This document shows positions 35,686-49,757 of a stretch of DNA of 64,000 nt, piece after piece. Each line of letters starts with the position of its first letter. The stretch's first letter is position 1. This DNA is from Vermamoeba vermiformis (lineage: Eukaryota): contig JBEWZL010000064.1 in assembly GCA_045837725.1 (NCBI GenBank), forward strand, positions 248,001 through 312,000, in the 5' to 3' direction. The position numbers and the translations under genes are program-made. The notes beneath the pieces were generated by a model. That model was not told the origin of the DNA and made no database searches. It worked only from the letters and a program-made list of their open reading frames with translations.

Positions 35686-38600
35686 TTACTTGAACTTAGC
35701 TTGTTCTTCAGGGGCCAATGTCGAAAGTCCAGCTTGCAAAGTAGCAGCAGGGATGGCTTGTTGCATCAGTCCTAATGTGTTGCGAATACGTGCAGTCACT
35801 TCTTCGTTGACCATGTTGGTGCCAAGTGACTTGCCAAAGATCTTCAAGATTTGCGGCAGATTGGCCATGTTCGCACCGAAGATGTGCGGGTGGTTGCTAC
35901 ACGGTATACATTAGTATATAACAACATAAATATGGCCGTTAGGGACATACCTTTCGATGTATTGGCACAACAAAGAGAGCACGGACAATGACTCAGTGTC
36001 GTCTTCAACGAGCGGCTGCCAGCCCAACCAAGTGGTAATCAACGCGGGCAAGTCATTGCCTAGCACATCGCCGTGGTAGAAACAGATCTTGCCAAATGCT
36101 GAGATAGCGTTCTCAGTCGGACAAGCGTTCTCTTCGTCACGCGAGTCCTGTTCTGCGACAACATTTCCGAGTCGTTGAATAGCGTCTGAATATATAGATA
36201 TTAGACTCAAACATTATGCATGAAATTGTACCCGTGTAGACGTACCTCTGACGAAGGGTTTGAAGATTTCAATAGCGTGTTGAGCGCAGACACCAATGCC
36301 ATAAACTGAGGCTTGACGAATGCCGTTGTGCTCGTTGTTAGCAAAGTTGAGCAACACGGGGAGATAAGGCTGCACGTATTGCAATGACAGCTGACCACCG
36401 TGCTCGATAATGTCGTCAAACATGCACAGACCCAATTGCTTGTCAGCGTCACGAGTCTCGGGGCCCAACAGAGCTTGTGCGAGAGGAGTGTACTCGTGGA
36501 ACACGGGCACGAATGTTTGTTTGTAATAGCGAGCCATAATGCCGACACAATCCGCGAGTTCAGTGGTGATCATGTCTTCTTTCTCTTGCAACTCGTCAAT
36601 AAAATCTTTTTCTTCGTCATCAACGTCATCACCAACTTTCTTGGCTGTTAGAACAAGCGTTAATAAGTCACGTGTGAGCTATATTAGTGTTAAAATGGTG
36701 CGTACATTCGCGCTTCAAGATGCGCTCGTGGACTTGAGACAAAACTTCCTTGAGCATTTCCATCACTTCTTTCATTTGTGCCGTGGACATGACACCTTCG
36801 CCAACTACACTGATGACCTGCACAAGTACTATTAGGACCTGTAATCACGTGAAACGTATTGAGAATGCGACTTACTTCGTGGACAGCGACGACCATGACG
36901 TAAATCAAGTCAATGTCGGGTTCTTGTTTGGCAGCTGTGAGCAGATCCGGCAAGAGCCAGTCGAATCGTTGCTTGATCATTTGAGGATTGCCGCCCTTGA
37001 CCTTGCAGTACGACACTAGTGATTGCATCAAGTGAGGCATTGACGCGGCAGCAGCACCTCTGACACGTGTCAAGTTGTCAAGGAAAAATTAAATAAACGA
37101 ATGAACAGCGTTAGTATAATATGTATATAAATGTTAATAAGGATATCATCGTGGTAGTAGAAGAGCATCATGGGCTTCAACTTTTCAAAGCAGTCGTCGA
37201 GGTAAGGATAGAACTCTTCCTTCAAGTCATCAGCGTAGCTCAAAATCATGTTGACAGCAGTGGCCTTTTCGTTCAACGGAGTAGTGTGCACACCGACATA
37301 CTAAATTAGGAAATTAATACAAAATTATTATGCAAGATCCAGTGTTTTGGGCGCGTACTTTATCGCCAACGGGCATGAACTTCCATGACTCAATATCGTC
37401 GTCTTCAAATTCATCAGTAGTCATCTAAATGCATATAATTAATATTTGCGTAGTCAACAAATGGTAAAATGAAGTTGTTTCGTACGTTGAAAGGCAAGAT
37501 CTTCAAAGTGGGCTTAATGCCGACGGAGGTCATCAAAGGCGGCATAACGTATTGCATGTAAGGCACAAAGTCAGGGCCGAGGACCTTGCAAATACGAGCA
37601 TAGCCCTAATAGACATTATATGAGTTAGTTAGCTGCTATGTCGACATAATTTAAATGATCAATATGGATCTTACTCGGAGCATGTAATCGCGCAAAGGAT
37701 CATCGGGGTCCATATCGACGGTCTGTTGTGTAGTGACCAAGAGGTGCATAATGTCCTATACATTGCGTAAGTATAAGAAATTTGCTAAATAATAAGTTTT
37801 TTGTAACGAAAAGATCCGCTCTTGGATTGAAGCTTCAATTACAAATTACTTGCTTAAAGAGTTCGAATATTCATAATAATAATTACCTTGGCGTCTTGAG
37901 AGAATTTTTCTTTGCCAACAGCCATACCAATAATGCTAATAGTTTCGACGGCTTTAGCGCGCAACAATCTGAAGTCCTTGCCAGTAGCCCCAGTCAAAAT
38001 ACGCTTCAAGAGAGGTACGACATTATCGTAGTACTATATTATAATAAATATTAGCATTTTGGAATTTTGAACTGCGATCCACTTATGAATTCTGAATTTA
38101 CCTTAATGAATAAGGTTTGAGCGCAGGTAGCTACGGAAGCCATAGTAGTCAAGGTCTGCTCTTGCAAGTAGCGCATATTAGTGCCCAAAGTGAGCATCAA
38201 CTTCTCCATGATCACATCCAAGAACGGTGCCAACAACTTGCTTTCAAACTTCTCCAACCAGTTAACCAAGCAAGCAGCAGCATGTGATTGGACTCTAGGA
38301 TTGGCTTTATCGTCGAAGAGCATCAAAACACGAGGCAAGAGCTCGCTGTAGTAAGTTTCTTGGAATTCGGGCTAGATCCGTTACAAAACCATTAGTTTAA
38401 TCGAAATAAATGATTTAACGCTTAATTAGCAAAGAAATATTCATATGATAATATTATTAAGACTTACGGCAAAGTCGGTAGCCATTCTACCAACGGTGTT
38501 GGCAATAGCCCAACGAACGCGCGGGTGAGCGTCAGTGAACGCAGTGTACAACATCCTAATAAAATATTACGTTAATATAATACCATGTAGGCATTAAAAT

Positions 38601-40602
38601 CGCTTTATACAATCGAGGTAGTCGTCTAAATTATTTTCTGAAGCAGATCTGGAATTATTTTTGAGACTTACGGTACTAATTTAGGCAACAAAGGCTCCAT
38701 CTGTTCAGTGCAGCCCTCACCAATGAGCGAGATGATCATTAAGCCGACATATCTGTGCTTCCACTCAGCGCTGCCCAACAAGCCAGGCAAGTGCTCGAAC
38801 AAGACGGGCACGAGGGCGACACCACCTGCATTTCAGATGAGACTAGGCCACGATGATTATACTCTATTATACGTACCGAGGGCCATAGACAATCGATCCA
38901 AAGCGTCTTCTGCAACATCAGCGTTGGAAAGCTCGTCAACATCTTCTTCCTAGAAATAAATTGTTTGAATTAATATGTACGATCCGATTTGTATTATGAG
39001 TGACTATGTACCTTGGCGTTCCATTCAGCAAGTTCGTACTCGTCCATCTCCAACATCATAGAGAGAACTAATTGAGAAATATTGCGAGGGAAGTCCTTCA
39101 ATTTACGACCGTAAGCGGGTCTGTTTTCAGTCAAGGCGACTAAGAACTCCAAGGCCAATTGACGGAGAGCTACGGACATATTAATTAGAGTCATATTTAC
39201 CGATTACAAGAATACGAAATAGATCCGAAAATTGTTTCATCATTTTTAAAAATTATTAAATTTAAATAGGAATCGGTCTATTGTACTTACAGTTATCAAT
39301 AGGAGCGCCGGCAATTTGGAACATAGCAGTCACGATTTGGTTGATGCAAGGACGCAAGAAGGAAATACCAAAGTCCAATTCGATCAAGTCAATAAAGACC
39401 TGAATAGCCAAGCCTGCGTCCTTAGTGTCCTTCGCGTTCAAAGCAGCAGCAACGACTTCGAGCATGGCAGGCACGAAGGCTTGCAATTGCTGCATAATAG
39501 TGCCGTCCTTGAGGAGGACCAAGAGGTAAATAGTAGCGTTCAAAGCCTCGACTCGGACCTATATTTGTCATAATATAAGATATATATCGATATATAACAA
39601 CATTTGAATTAAATATTCCACAAATATTTGCGTTGAAAAAACAGTAGAATTTGTGGCGTGTCAGATCTGCTCCTTTTAAGTCAATAATAGTGAAACAATT
39701 TGCTTACCTTGACGCTTTGAGGGTCTACTAAAGCAGCACCAATAACGTTGCGCACAGATTCAAAGTTTTGAGCATAAGCGTCCTTGACTAAGGGCGTGAT
39801 CTGACCCATAATCGAAATGGCATTTTCTCTGTGATTAGCATTTGGTGATTGAGCGAATGCAAAGAGACCGCTCAAGAATTCAGGCCAAGCGGTAGACTTA
39901 TCTTCGCTTTCTGTAATAATTGCAAGTCAGATTAGATTCGGATCGCCAAAAAATAATTTGAGTTGGAGTATTTTTGGCGATTTCACAGGCACATAAAATT
40001 ATTGATATTAATATTACCTTCAAATAAGGCAATAACGAAGCAAGCCAATGCATCCGCAACTGATCTGCGCGTCAAGTAATCTGTTTCGCTCTCCAAAGCC
40101 TTGATAAATCCTTGTTTGAGCAAGGCGGTGGTTTGAGGAGTAAGTTTTGACCACCATTCGTCCTTGAATCTCATCATTGTGCGAATGTAAGTGAAGCAGA
40201 GCATACGAATCTGGATGGATCGTGATCAGAAAATGAAAAAATTATTTAATTGTAAATAACAGGTTATAGGCTATACAATACGCATTATCATGGCAATATC
40301 GCAATTAAAAATATTAATTTAAAAAAGTTTCGACAATTGTGATCAAAACTTCAGCTCTTTTTCCCAACCGTCGTGTAATTCAATAGAAATATGATTGTAC
40401 GCCATAAATAATACGAGTATAATACTATAACACTAACCTGAGTATTTTGAGACGAGATAGCCGTTTGAATTAAAAGAGCAAGTGCTTTGTCGGGCTGCTC
40501 CTCTTGCATCTGATTGTAGACCTTCTCGGCATGGTTTCTAATAGTATTATCACCAACCATCAATTGAGATAGTAGCGCTTCGAACTGCGATAATTCTGAC
40601 AT
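35686..40602 (-). CDS. IPO5: Importin-5 (Kap121/Pse1 family), multi-exon
   Basis: IRNHAEKVYN, HPRVRWA, PRVQSHAAACLVN, EKATAVNMI, FYYHDGVRGAAA, IRQASVYGIG, TENAISAFGKI. Confidence 0.93.
37067..37146 (-). other. U12-type (minor spliceosome) AT-AC intron in IPO5
   Basis: 5' ATATCCTT, branch TTTTCCTTGAC about 10 nt from terminal AC; removal restores FYYHD-G-VRGAAA. Confidence 0.93.
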
Positions 40603-40926
40603 GGCGGTCTGGATGTAGATCGGGATTCGCTTTAAATAAAAACAAATAGGAGATCAATAGCAATTACAATGCACTGTGGGTTGCAATCCAGTACCGAGCG
40701 CTGAATAACAAAATTCTATCGGGACCACTATGGGGACCGAAAAAAACTGGCTGAAAAAACTGGTTGGCCAAAAATTGCGAAGCCGCTGATCGAGACCAAA
40801 ACTAGTGCAGCACTTCTTATAACTGTCATCCAATGTGATAATTATTTAATTTCGGTCGACTACCATTGTTGTTTTTACTAACAGCAAACCACCTGGATTC
40901 CCGATCAACAATTTTATTTTGGAATA

Positions 40927-42318
40927 ATGGAGAAAAATAGCGAACCAAAAGAAGTGTTTGAAGTGCGTTCCAAAAGTGCGGACAGATTAACAGTTAAGGA
41001 AGCAAAAATTTTGTTTACGGAACTCAGCGCACCAGATTGCCCTTACAAGACGCTTAATATTCGAACAGTAATATCCCCCGAGATATCGGAATTATTATAT
41101 AAGGCTTTATTGAAGAATAAGTCGATTACTTCAATTTTTGGTGAACACACGTTTGCGCACGAATCCGCCTACTTGAAGGCACTCAAAAAGAACCTAGATC
41201 TACCACTCAAGACACTAGTCTTGTCATGCCCGACGCCTTCTAAGAAATTTGCATCGATATTTCAAACGAAGACTTGCAACTGACCCGTCTTTCATTGGCT
41301 TTTAATGGCAGTGGCACGTCAGCTTTAAACCAAACAAAATTGGATATGGACGAAACACTGGATGCTATTAGCACTAATATAGCAACACTAGAGCACCTTG
41401 ATATCACTTTTGGTGCCGATGTTGATATAAGCCCTGGTAGTGTCGAGAACCTGCTGCGCAACAATCAAGGACTTAGATCTGTCGGTATCGACATCAACGC
41501 ATTCAAATGTCACCATAGAATGATCTTAAAGAGACTAATAGCGCTCGGGATAGTATTATCAAAGCTCCCGTTACTGACTTCACTGAAGTTTCTCGTGGAT
41601 TCGTTCGATGATTGTGATCCAGAAGCATTTGTGGAAGGTCTAAAAGGAAGCAAAACCATCAACGAGCTTCAATTAAATCAGTACTGGCTCGGTATAGACT
41701 CGAAACAATTAATAGAAGACATATTGTCATTGCCGTAAGTGTTCTGAATAGGCCTGTTGTACCCGACTAACTCGTGTCTGTAGCGCACTGAAATCGCTAA
41801 GATTGAAGGCCTACACAGGACTAGAGCGCTACAAGAACAATGTGAACGAGAATCATTTGATAGATGTCTCGAGACTGTTTGACGCACAGTCACAACTCGT
41901 TGAGATCGAGGCAAACTTCACGCCGTTCATGAAAGAGAAGTTGTTTGCCGCACTTGAAACGAACACTAGTCTCCGACGAATATACATCCATCCGCTTGAA
42001 AGTCACCGCGTGATTATGCGGCTGTACGAAGAGCTCGATGACAGGCTGACCGTTGACATCTGTCACGTGTCACTCGAACACTTGCCGTACGAACTGTTGC
42101 TCGAGCATCATCATCGTGGTACGAGACGAAGGAATTACATGTCAATTACGAGCAATTTGCAAGTGATTTCAGCGGCACGTGATCGAGGCTTGTTCGCGCT
42201 ACTGCCGCAAGAAGTGCTCGAAGTGATTTGGTGCAAAGTCCTCGGCAGCATTATGGACGTCGATGTCAAGCAAGCTGTGGGTGTGTTTGAACGACTTGGA
42301 GACCGGTACAGAAAGTAA
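40927..42318 (+). pseudogene. RNI-like LRR protein with C-terminal F-box-like motif; apparent frameshift at ~41245-41283
   Basis: LRR-like segments (LLKNKSITSI, LEHLDI, LKGSKTINELQL, LETNTSLRRIYI) and LLPQEVLEVIW; frame change without a suitable GT-AG intron; true intron at ~41735-41783. Confidence 0.55.
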
Positions 42319-42493
42319 CCACGTGGGCCTAAACGGCAATATCCTATAGTGCATGACGTACTATGTAGAGCAATCAACGGAGGCCTCGTAAGTGTTTCAG
42401 ACTATTTCCGAACGGGACGAAAGCGTTCGTCGATCGGTCCCGTCGGGCATCTTTTCATTCGACGTTTGGTAGTATTACTTGTATTTCATCAAT

Positions 42494-43726
42494 ATGCACC
42501 ACACACGCAGCACATTTATTATTTTTTTGGTATTAATAGGCTCGACGGCGCTTTTGTGTGCCTCCGCTATGAGCAGATCTGACGATCCTCAATACACCGC
42601 GTTAATGGATCTATTTCAAGCTACAAACGGCAACAGGTGGGTCAACAATGAAAGGTGGACCCTGGATAATAACTACTGCGTGTGGTATGGAGTCAGATGC
42701 GACAAAGGCAAAAAAGTAGTTTCGTTGGTGCTGATCGGCAACAATCTTCAAGGAACAATTCCAAGTTCCATTTCTGGCCTATCATTCTTGAATACTCTGC
42801 AACTTCCGGTAAATGGACTTTCAGGCACTATCCCTGCTTCTATAGGAAATTTAGAATTGCTAGTGGATTTGCAATTGGCTTTCAATCAACTCACTGGAAC
42901 GATTCCTTCGCTGAAAAATCTCAAAAAATTAAATTCATTCGGTGCTAATTCAAACGGCTTGAATGGAACGATACCAGAGTACTTTGGAGAAATGTCTCAG
43001 ATGCAGCGCTTGATGCTCGACAACAATCAATTCACTGGTACTATACCTTCTAGTCTAGCTGCTCTTAACAACCTGATATCGCTGACTATGGGCTCAAACA
43101 ATCTCTATGGAACAATTCCGAGCTGGATCGGATCTTTTCCTAATTTGGCATGGCTTCGGCTGAGCGGCAACCAATTCACAGGCACCATACCTGATACTAT
43201 TGGTCAATTGACACAAATGAAAGAACTTTATTTGCACTACAATCAGTTGACAGGGACCATCCCTTCGTTGATCGGAAATTTACAACAAATGACGATCTGC
43301 AAACTTCAAAACAATCAACTTACCGGATCCATCCCCGATTCGTTCGGAAAATTGCAACAACTCTCATTGTTGGAGTTGAACGACAATATGCTCACCGGAT
43401 CCATCCCAGACTCGTTTAGCAGGTGTACTGGCTTGTGGTTTTTACGTTTGCAGAAAAATCAACTCAACGGCACTTTGCCCCAGTCATTCGGCACTATGAA
43501 AACTTTGCAGCAAATTGACTTTAGTTGTAATCTCCTGACCGGAGCCGTCCCGCCGTCATGGGGCAAGCTCCGATTAGCGTCTCTGAATCTGCGCCGCAAC
43601 CAATTGGATGCCGTGTCAGTGGACGTACTGGCTCCTATTCACAGCTCGAATTGTGATTTCAGCGACAATCCTTTTAAGTGCCCAATTGCTCAATGGGCAC
43701 AACTCTGCAAGGCAACTTGTAAATGA
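42494..43726 (+). CDS. Secreted plant-type LRR protein (LRRNT cap plus about 12 LxxNxLTGTIP repeats), intronless
   Basis: Signal peptide; YCVWYGVRC cap; repeated NQLTGTIP; C-terminal Cys cap; no TM or kinase domain. Confidence 0.9.
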   Translation: MHHTRSTFIIFLVLIGSTALLCASAMSRSDDPQYTALMDLFQATNGNRWVNNERWTLDNNYCVWYGVRCDKGKKVVSLVLIGNNLQGTIPSSISGLSFLNTLQLPVNGLSGTIPASIGNLELLVDLQLAFNQLTGTIPSLKNLKKLNSFGANSNGLNGTIPEYFGEMSQMQRLMLDNNQFTGTIPSSLAALNNLISLTMGSNNLYGTIPSWIGSFPNLAWLRLSGNQFTGTIPDTIGQLTQMKELYLHYNQLTGTIPSLIGNLQQMTICKLQNNQLTGSIPDSFGKLQQLSLLELNDNMLTGSIPDSFSRCTGLWFLRLQKNQLNGTLPQSFGTMKTLQQIDFSCNLLTGAVPPSWGKLRLASLNLRRNQLDAVSVDVLAPIHSSNCDFSDNPFKCPIAQWAQLCKATCK

Positions 43727-43976
43727 TCTACGTTACTAAACTGAACAAACAATTGTTGCAATTATTCTGTCGTAACCTTTATTGGATTATGTGCCACAGC
43801 TTATGAACGCGTTTGTAGGCCGCTGCGAAGAGCGGATCTAACTAACTTCGAGTGGTCAATGGTTTAGCTCGTAGACTGGAATACGGACAAGTTTTGCTTT
43901 ACTTTACAGGTGTCAATGCAGACTACTACTAGAGCTAGTCTTCAGATCTCTTCCATAGTTCAATCGAATCACAACT

Positions 43977-46383
43977 TCACATCGACTTTGATTCGTCGCT
44001 GTCAGGCAGTTCATCGTCATCAATATCCACGTACTTGTTCCTCATTGGCCTGTCTTCTTCGACGACGAAACTGCTTGTGGTGTTATTGTTATTATTATTT
44101 AGACTATGGTTATGAGTGTTATTGTTACTGTTGGTATTATGTTTCTTGTCATAAACCACGTCTTCTTTGATCACTTCAGCGACATTTTCAATCCGCACCA
44201 GTTGTGCAGAATTGTACGAACTGAAGATCTTTTCGTCGAAAAACTGCAAAGAAGTTGATTTGTACGCGACCAAGCCGTGCACCATGGGCGCTTTTGCCGC
44301 GTACACGGTCAATGTGGCCACTGCAAGGTCAGGATTGATCGCATGAGGCTCACGTGCAATGTCTTCAGGCACAATTGTTCCGATGGTAATCGGCACTACT
44401 CTTCGCCTTTTCTTGCCTCCAGCGAGCTGCACTGAAATCTTTGCAATCGTGTGGAATTGAAACAGTTCGATGTCATCGATCGGCGCTATTGTCGGTGGAA
44501 CTACAGGCAAAGTGTACCGAAAATCGAGTTGAACCCTAAATTGGCATGGGTTATTATAGTATAATATTATAACTTCCAGTGTCCGTTTGAGCGGATCTGG
44601 TCTTACTGTTCATCAGTAGTGTTGTTCATTGGCACGATTTCTTTCATCAATGCCCACACAGAATGCGATTCGCGTACATATTTGGATTGAATACGCAATA
44701 CTTTGAGCAGTTTGAAGCTCACTTTGACGTTCTGAACTGCCTCTTTATCCACATTGTGAAATTTCTGAGTTTTAAATCAGATCCGCTTTGATCATAATTC
44801 CCTATGTACGAATTTACTTACAATAAGCATTCCATATTCTCTGTTCGGGTATTGTTTTTGACTGCTCAACAGGACTTCACCGGACCAATCATCTTTCAGG
44901 TGCTAATAGGACCATATAAATATACGTTCATTAGATGCAGCTCTATGTTTCGCGTACCTTTTTGAAATAAGCGGAGTTGTGTAAAACCAATGGCGGTTGA
45001 AATTTCGTTTCTTGGCCGTACACGTTGAAGAATGCACTCGCGGACTTATTGACACGCCAGTTTTTCAATGAGATGCATTCAGCTGATATTAAGTACGTCA
45101 TATTGGCACCATAGTATCCTAGACTCGATGGCAATAGCGATGGCAGCTGTAATTCAAAGGGATAAACTTGCATGCCCGCGAACAATGTAACTCCGTCCTA
45201 GATCACGTGCCGTAAAAATTAAGAACAGTAAAACAAGTACATATAGCATTGTATTACCTTATCAGTAGTGCTAATTAAATATTTTTCGGTTGCAAATCGA
45301 ACTCGTGCATCGGCGTAAGTGACTTGATTGGATCCGCTGCCTTCTGTCCAGATGCTGGATTCGGTACACTGGACGATATTAGTTATGCACAAAACTTTAT
45401 AATACTCATAAAGCTTACTGAGGCCGCGATCTTGATATGACTGACATGCTCTATTGTCTTTGTAATATCGAAGATAATGGCGCCACGAACGACCTAATCG
45501 GGGTGTCAAATAACATCAATGTGTGACTCGTGTCAAAACACTTACGCCGCCAGCAAAGTAATTAGCTCGTTCTAGTACTATTTTGAATGACGGGTGCTCT
45601 TTAGTGATGCCTTTTGCGGTGAAATAAGGACTGTTGAGGTGATTGAACGGCCTTTTCCATATGCCGGTCATATTTCTGATGACGGAGTATTTCTTTGCGA
45701 ATGTTTGAGCATCATCTCTTATGCACATCATTACTGTTATCAGTTTGACGGATTTTAACTTCTTTGGAATTTTCTACGATGCCAGATTTAGCGAATCCGA
45801 CTTTAAGACACGTGCGTAATTTGGCGTACCTCTAATGCAAGTTCAACAACCTTAGGTGCATCATTAATAGCCTCTAATGGAATAGAGACCTTGCCAAGAG
45901 TTGTGTTGATAAGCCTCTTCGTTGAAATAAGCTTCAATTTGATGCTCGTATTTAGATCTCGAATTGCGAATGTGTATCCCGCGTGCCACTGTATGTCATA
46001 ATTAATACGATAAATATAGTACTGAATTAGAGTAGTGCTACTTACTTGAGGCATTAACGAGCCCGCGGCTGGTTTCGTTTTGTATGCAATATTATATTTC
46101 GTTTGGACAACAAGCTCGGAATCTATTTTAATTAATTATTATTAAATTATGTAATAGTTATGATATAGCATTAGAACAATGGAAGAAGCTTTGCAAATAT
46201 TATTTAACCAAATTTCAATTTACCTTGAATTTGCTTATTGAACTTCGCTTCGTCTTCTTTGACCTCAATTTGGCCTGAAATAATTTTCAAAAATACTTGC
46301 GCAACTGGCAAATGGTCATTCTTCTCCTTCGTCGAGTTGGAAGGCTTCTTCAAGTCATCCGGGTCGGAAAATTTTTTCTCCAT
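43977..46383 (-). CDS. C2-domain plus arrestin-fold protein, multi-exon
   Basis: C2-like PQW...YTFAI...LGKVSIPL; arrestin-N-like FKIVLERANYFAG...AGMQVYPFELQLPSLLPSS...YLISA; arrestin-C-like VPITIGT. Confidence 0.72.
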
Positions 46384-46646
46384 GGTTGTTGTCTACCTTA
46401 GAAAGAATTACATTTGAATCAACCCGGATGAAAGATTTTGTACTTGCTGAATACGAAAAAGCGAAAAATGGGTGAGTTCGCGTCGGGTCAATGTCTTTCT
46501 GTTTTAAAACAAAAGGTCACAAACTTGATACGCCGACGGCCGACGTGCCAATAAGCAATTATTTGCATTATACATCTAGTTTATTTACGAATATGTATAT
46601 ACGGTGTTGAAGTATTTACAATAGCCATAGCGACTCGGGCGGCTCT

Positions 46647-49600
46647 TTACATGGTGTCGACTTCCATCGTGGTGGCGTCTTTAATCTTTCTGTAGACCTC
46701 TTTGAAGCGGTCTCTGTTCTCAATGAACCGAGCCAATTGAAGTTCCAAACGACCAGCCTTCTCGCGCAATTGAGCGATGCCCAAGTTGAACATCTCTTCG
46801 TACTGTTCGTTGGTCATCTTGCGGAAGTGTTCGGTCAAATCAGTAGTCATCTTTTGGAACATCGGGTCCAAGAAGAAGGCGTTGAACTTGTTGCGAATGT
46901 ACTTGGTGAAGAAGTATCGGACACCCACGAACAACTTGCCAGCCATCATCAACACGCGTTGATAGGTATCGTGATCGACAATACGAGAACGATTGCCTTC
47001 AGCAAGATGACTATAATATCTAGTATTACAATGGGTTACATAAACGAGCTATCAAAGTGCTTACCTTGTCTTGCTGAGCGCCATCATCGATTCCACGCGC
47101 TTCTTAGTGTCTTCTTTAGTGCAGTTCAAGTAGTCGTACTCTTTGTACTCGCTGACACCAGTCATCAAGTCCCAGTCAAGAATCTTAGTGAAGGTTCCGA
47201 AGTCGTCAAGTGCCTTTTGTTCGCATTCGCGTTGGGTCTTCTCGATGAAGCCGTTGAACACACCACGGAGCTCCTTTTGGAACTGCTCGTATTGGCCAAT
47301 GATGCCAAAAGTATGGGCCTCTTCTTTGGTGATGACATTGACGGCAACATCGAAGAGACGCTTCATGATGTAAGAGCAGCGACGGAGGATGTATTGGATC
47401 AAAGGCAACAAAGCTCGCTTTGCCTTCATCTGAACAATGTCGCTAGCAGCGGCCTCGAATAAAGGCACATTGTGAGACTTGCTAGTGCCCAAGGCTGAAG
47501 CCACTTCGTTGATGGAGGTCTTCGGGAACTCAATAGAGTGCGCGACGTATTCAAATTCGTTGAGCAATCGCTCGTACTGGGCACCACCATAGACCTTGAA
47601 CTCGCTGTTCTGAATGTCGTACTTGATGTCGAAGTTCGGCCAGTCACCAACTCCGCTCTCAATCTTTTCTTCCTTGAGAGTCTGGCCGTACTTGTCTGGG
47701 TCGCCAATAACTGAGCCCTCCAAGAAGCGATCAATCAACAGAGCAAAGGATTGAACAAAGCTGTGGACTTTGTTCTTCTGGCATTCAATATCGGCTTGTC
47801 GCAGCTCGTTACGAACAGCGCTCAATTCTTCTTGAGTAGTTTCAACCAAGTTCTCGAGGACTTGTAGAGTGGGAGCGATGCTCTCGGAGTACTTTTGGTG
47901 CAACAAACGTTCGAGATATGCCTTCAGTTTGAAGAAACCAATGTTGGTGCCGAACTTCTTATCGTCAAATCTGACACCCAAGAGCTGTCTGTAGTCGGCC
48001 AAGTACGCCTCCTTAATTTGATCGGAGAAGCGTTGAGGATCCAAGTTTCTTCGTACGGGCATTGACACGAAGAAAGGACGCTTTCCAGCAGGCAAGTTCT
48101 CGCCAACCAAGTACTTGTTGGCAGACTCAGCATCGCGGAGTTCCTTGACACGGTTGTCGAACTTTGTGTTGACCAAGACAGTACGTGAGAAGTTGGGGTC
48201 AATGCTGCGAACCAAGGGGCGTGAGACAGTGTTCGCCCATTCGACTGTCGATTGCTCCAAACAGATGATGATTCTGTTCTTGGGCTTCATGATGCGAATG
48301 ACCATTTCTTCAATATCTTTGCGCAACTTCTCGTTGCCACCAAGACGGAAGCCCGGAGTATCGTAGATTGTCAAGTTGGCACAATGACGATATTCAACGC
48401 GCAAGATGATTGGTTGATCAGAGACGCGATCCTTGTCAGCACCAGTCTTCATGTCAGTTCTGCGGACAATCTCGTCGCTCAAGTAGTTGACAGGTGTGTC
48501 GACTTCTTCAAAGGCGTCCTCGCCAGGAGCAACGGCAGTCTCTTTGCGGAATCTGCAGCGAGGTTGTTCGCGTTCAGGATTGTTGATCATTTGAATGATA
48601 AGTGGGCGACGAGTACCAATGTCTGAGAAAGGATTAGTATGGCATTAATTGAACAATCATTAATTAGGTACGTACTTGTATCGACAATGTTGAACTGGAA
48701 GCCCAATAGACCTTCAATAAAGGTAGACTTGCCGTCAGATTGCATGCCAACAACGACGAGTTCAGGGGACTCGAAGCTGATGTTGAAGCTGTTCACAATA
48801 GTTAATAAAAGCTCAGTAGCATCAATTAAGTTACTTACTCGGCTGAAATGCCTTGGAGGTCGTTAAACAAGCCATAAAGGTCTTTGTTCGATTGATAGTG
48901 TTGTTCTTCGTCGTGGTCAACCTTCTTGCGTTCCTCGTCGATCTTACGGCTGACATTGCGGTACCATTGCTCTTCTTCTTCAGGATCGTATCTCTTTCTC
49001 TTACGCGCGTTCTCCATTTCTGCGTAGTTTGGTTGTGGCGCGTAATTTGATGGTGCGCCGCGAGCGTAGTCCGGAGGAGGAGGTTGATTGTACGACTGTT
49101 GTTGAGGAGGTGAGCGTGCAGGGACATCGTGCGCAGTGTAAGGCTGTGGCTGGCCAGAGAACGAAGGACCAGCGGATGTGGATCGAGAGTACGAAGGCTG
49201 GGCTTGTGGTGGCGAGCTTGGTTGCGATGAGACATAGCTGGTCTGTGGCTGAGCTCGTGCAGGTGAGTAGACAGGCTGCTGTTGTACAGGTGCCGGCGAA
49301 AGATGAGTTGATTCGCGCGTCGCGGGTTGCGCATCTTGTTGCGAATCTCGCTCGAAAAGTTGCCTAGGAGAAAAATACCAATTAGGATATGCCTACAATG
49401 GTTAGGGCTCGCAGTACTTACTGAGCAAGACGCTCTGCGTCGGAGAATTGTAACGAAGCCAGATCGGCATCTTCTGGTTTAGGAAATGTCAGCTAGTTAG
49501 CGAGAATAATAAAAATGAATAATTGTGCGTATGGAAATTAATTTGTAGCTAATTCCAATTATTTAGAATTTTTGGAAATTAATTTTTAGAATAAAATCGA

Positions 49601-49757
49601 TTGGATGCGCAGTATTTTGAGCACTCCAGCGATTGCTTGGATAAAATAGAGCTAATTTATGGTAAGAATACGAGAAAAAATACCTACCAGTTTCTAGACG
49701 TTGAGCAAACTCCAAATCCGCTCGGAATCTTGCGTCCTTGTCAAGGCTAACGCTCAT
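46647..49757 (-). CDS. Dynamin-like GTPase, Dictyostelium Dlp / plant DRP5 clade
   Basis: PELVVVGMQSDGKS, GTRRPLIIQM, DTPGF, NTKFD, YGGAQYERLL; no PH domain or PRD. Confidence 0.88.

Noticed and set aside
46737-47462. 241-aa plus-strand ORF
   Set aside because: Antisense to dynamin-like exons; no independent support.
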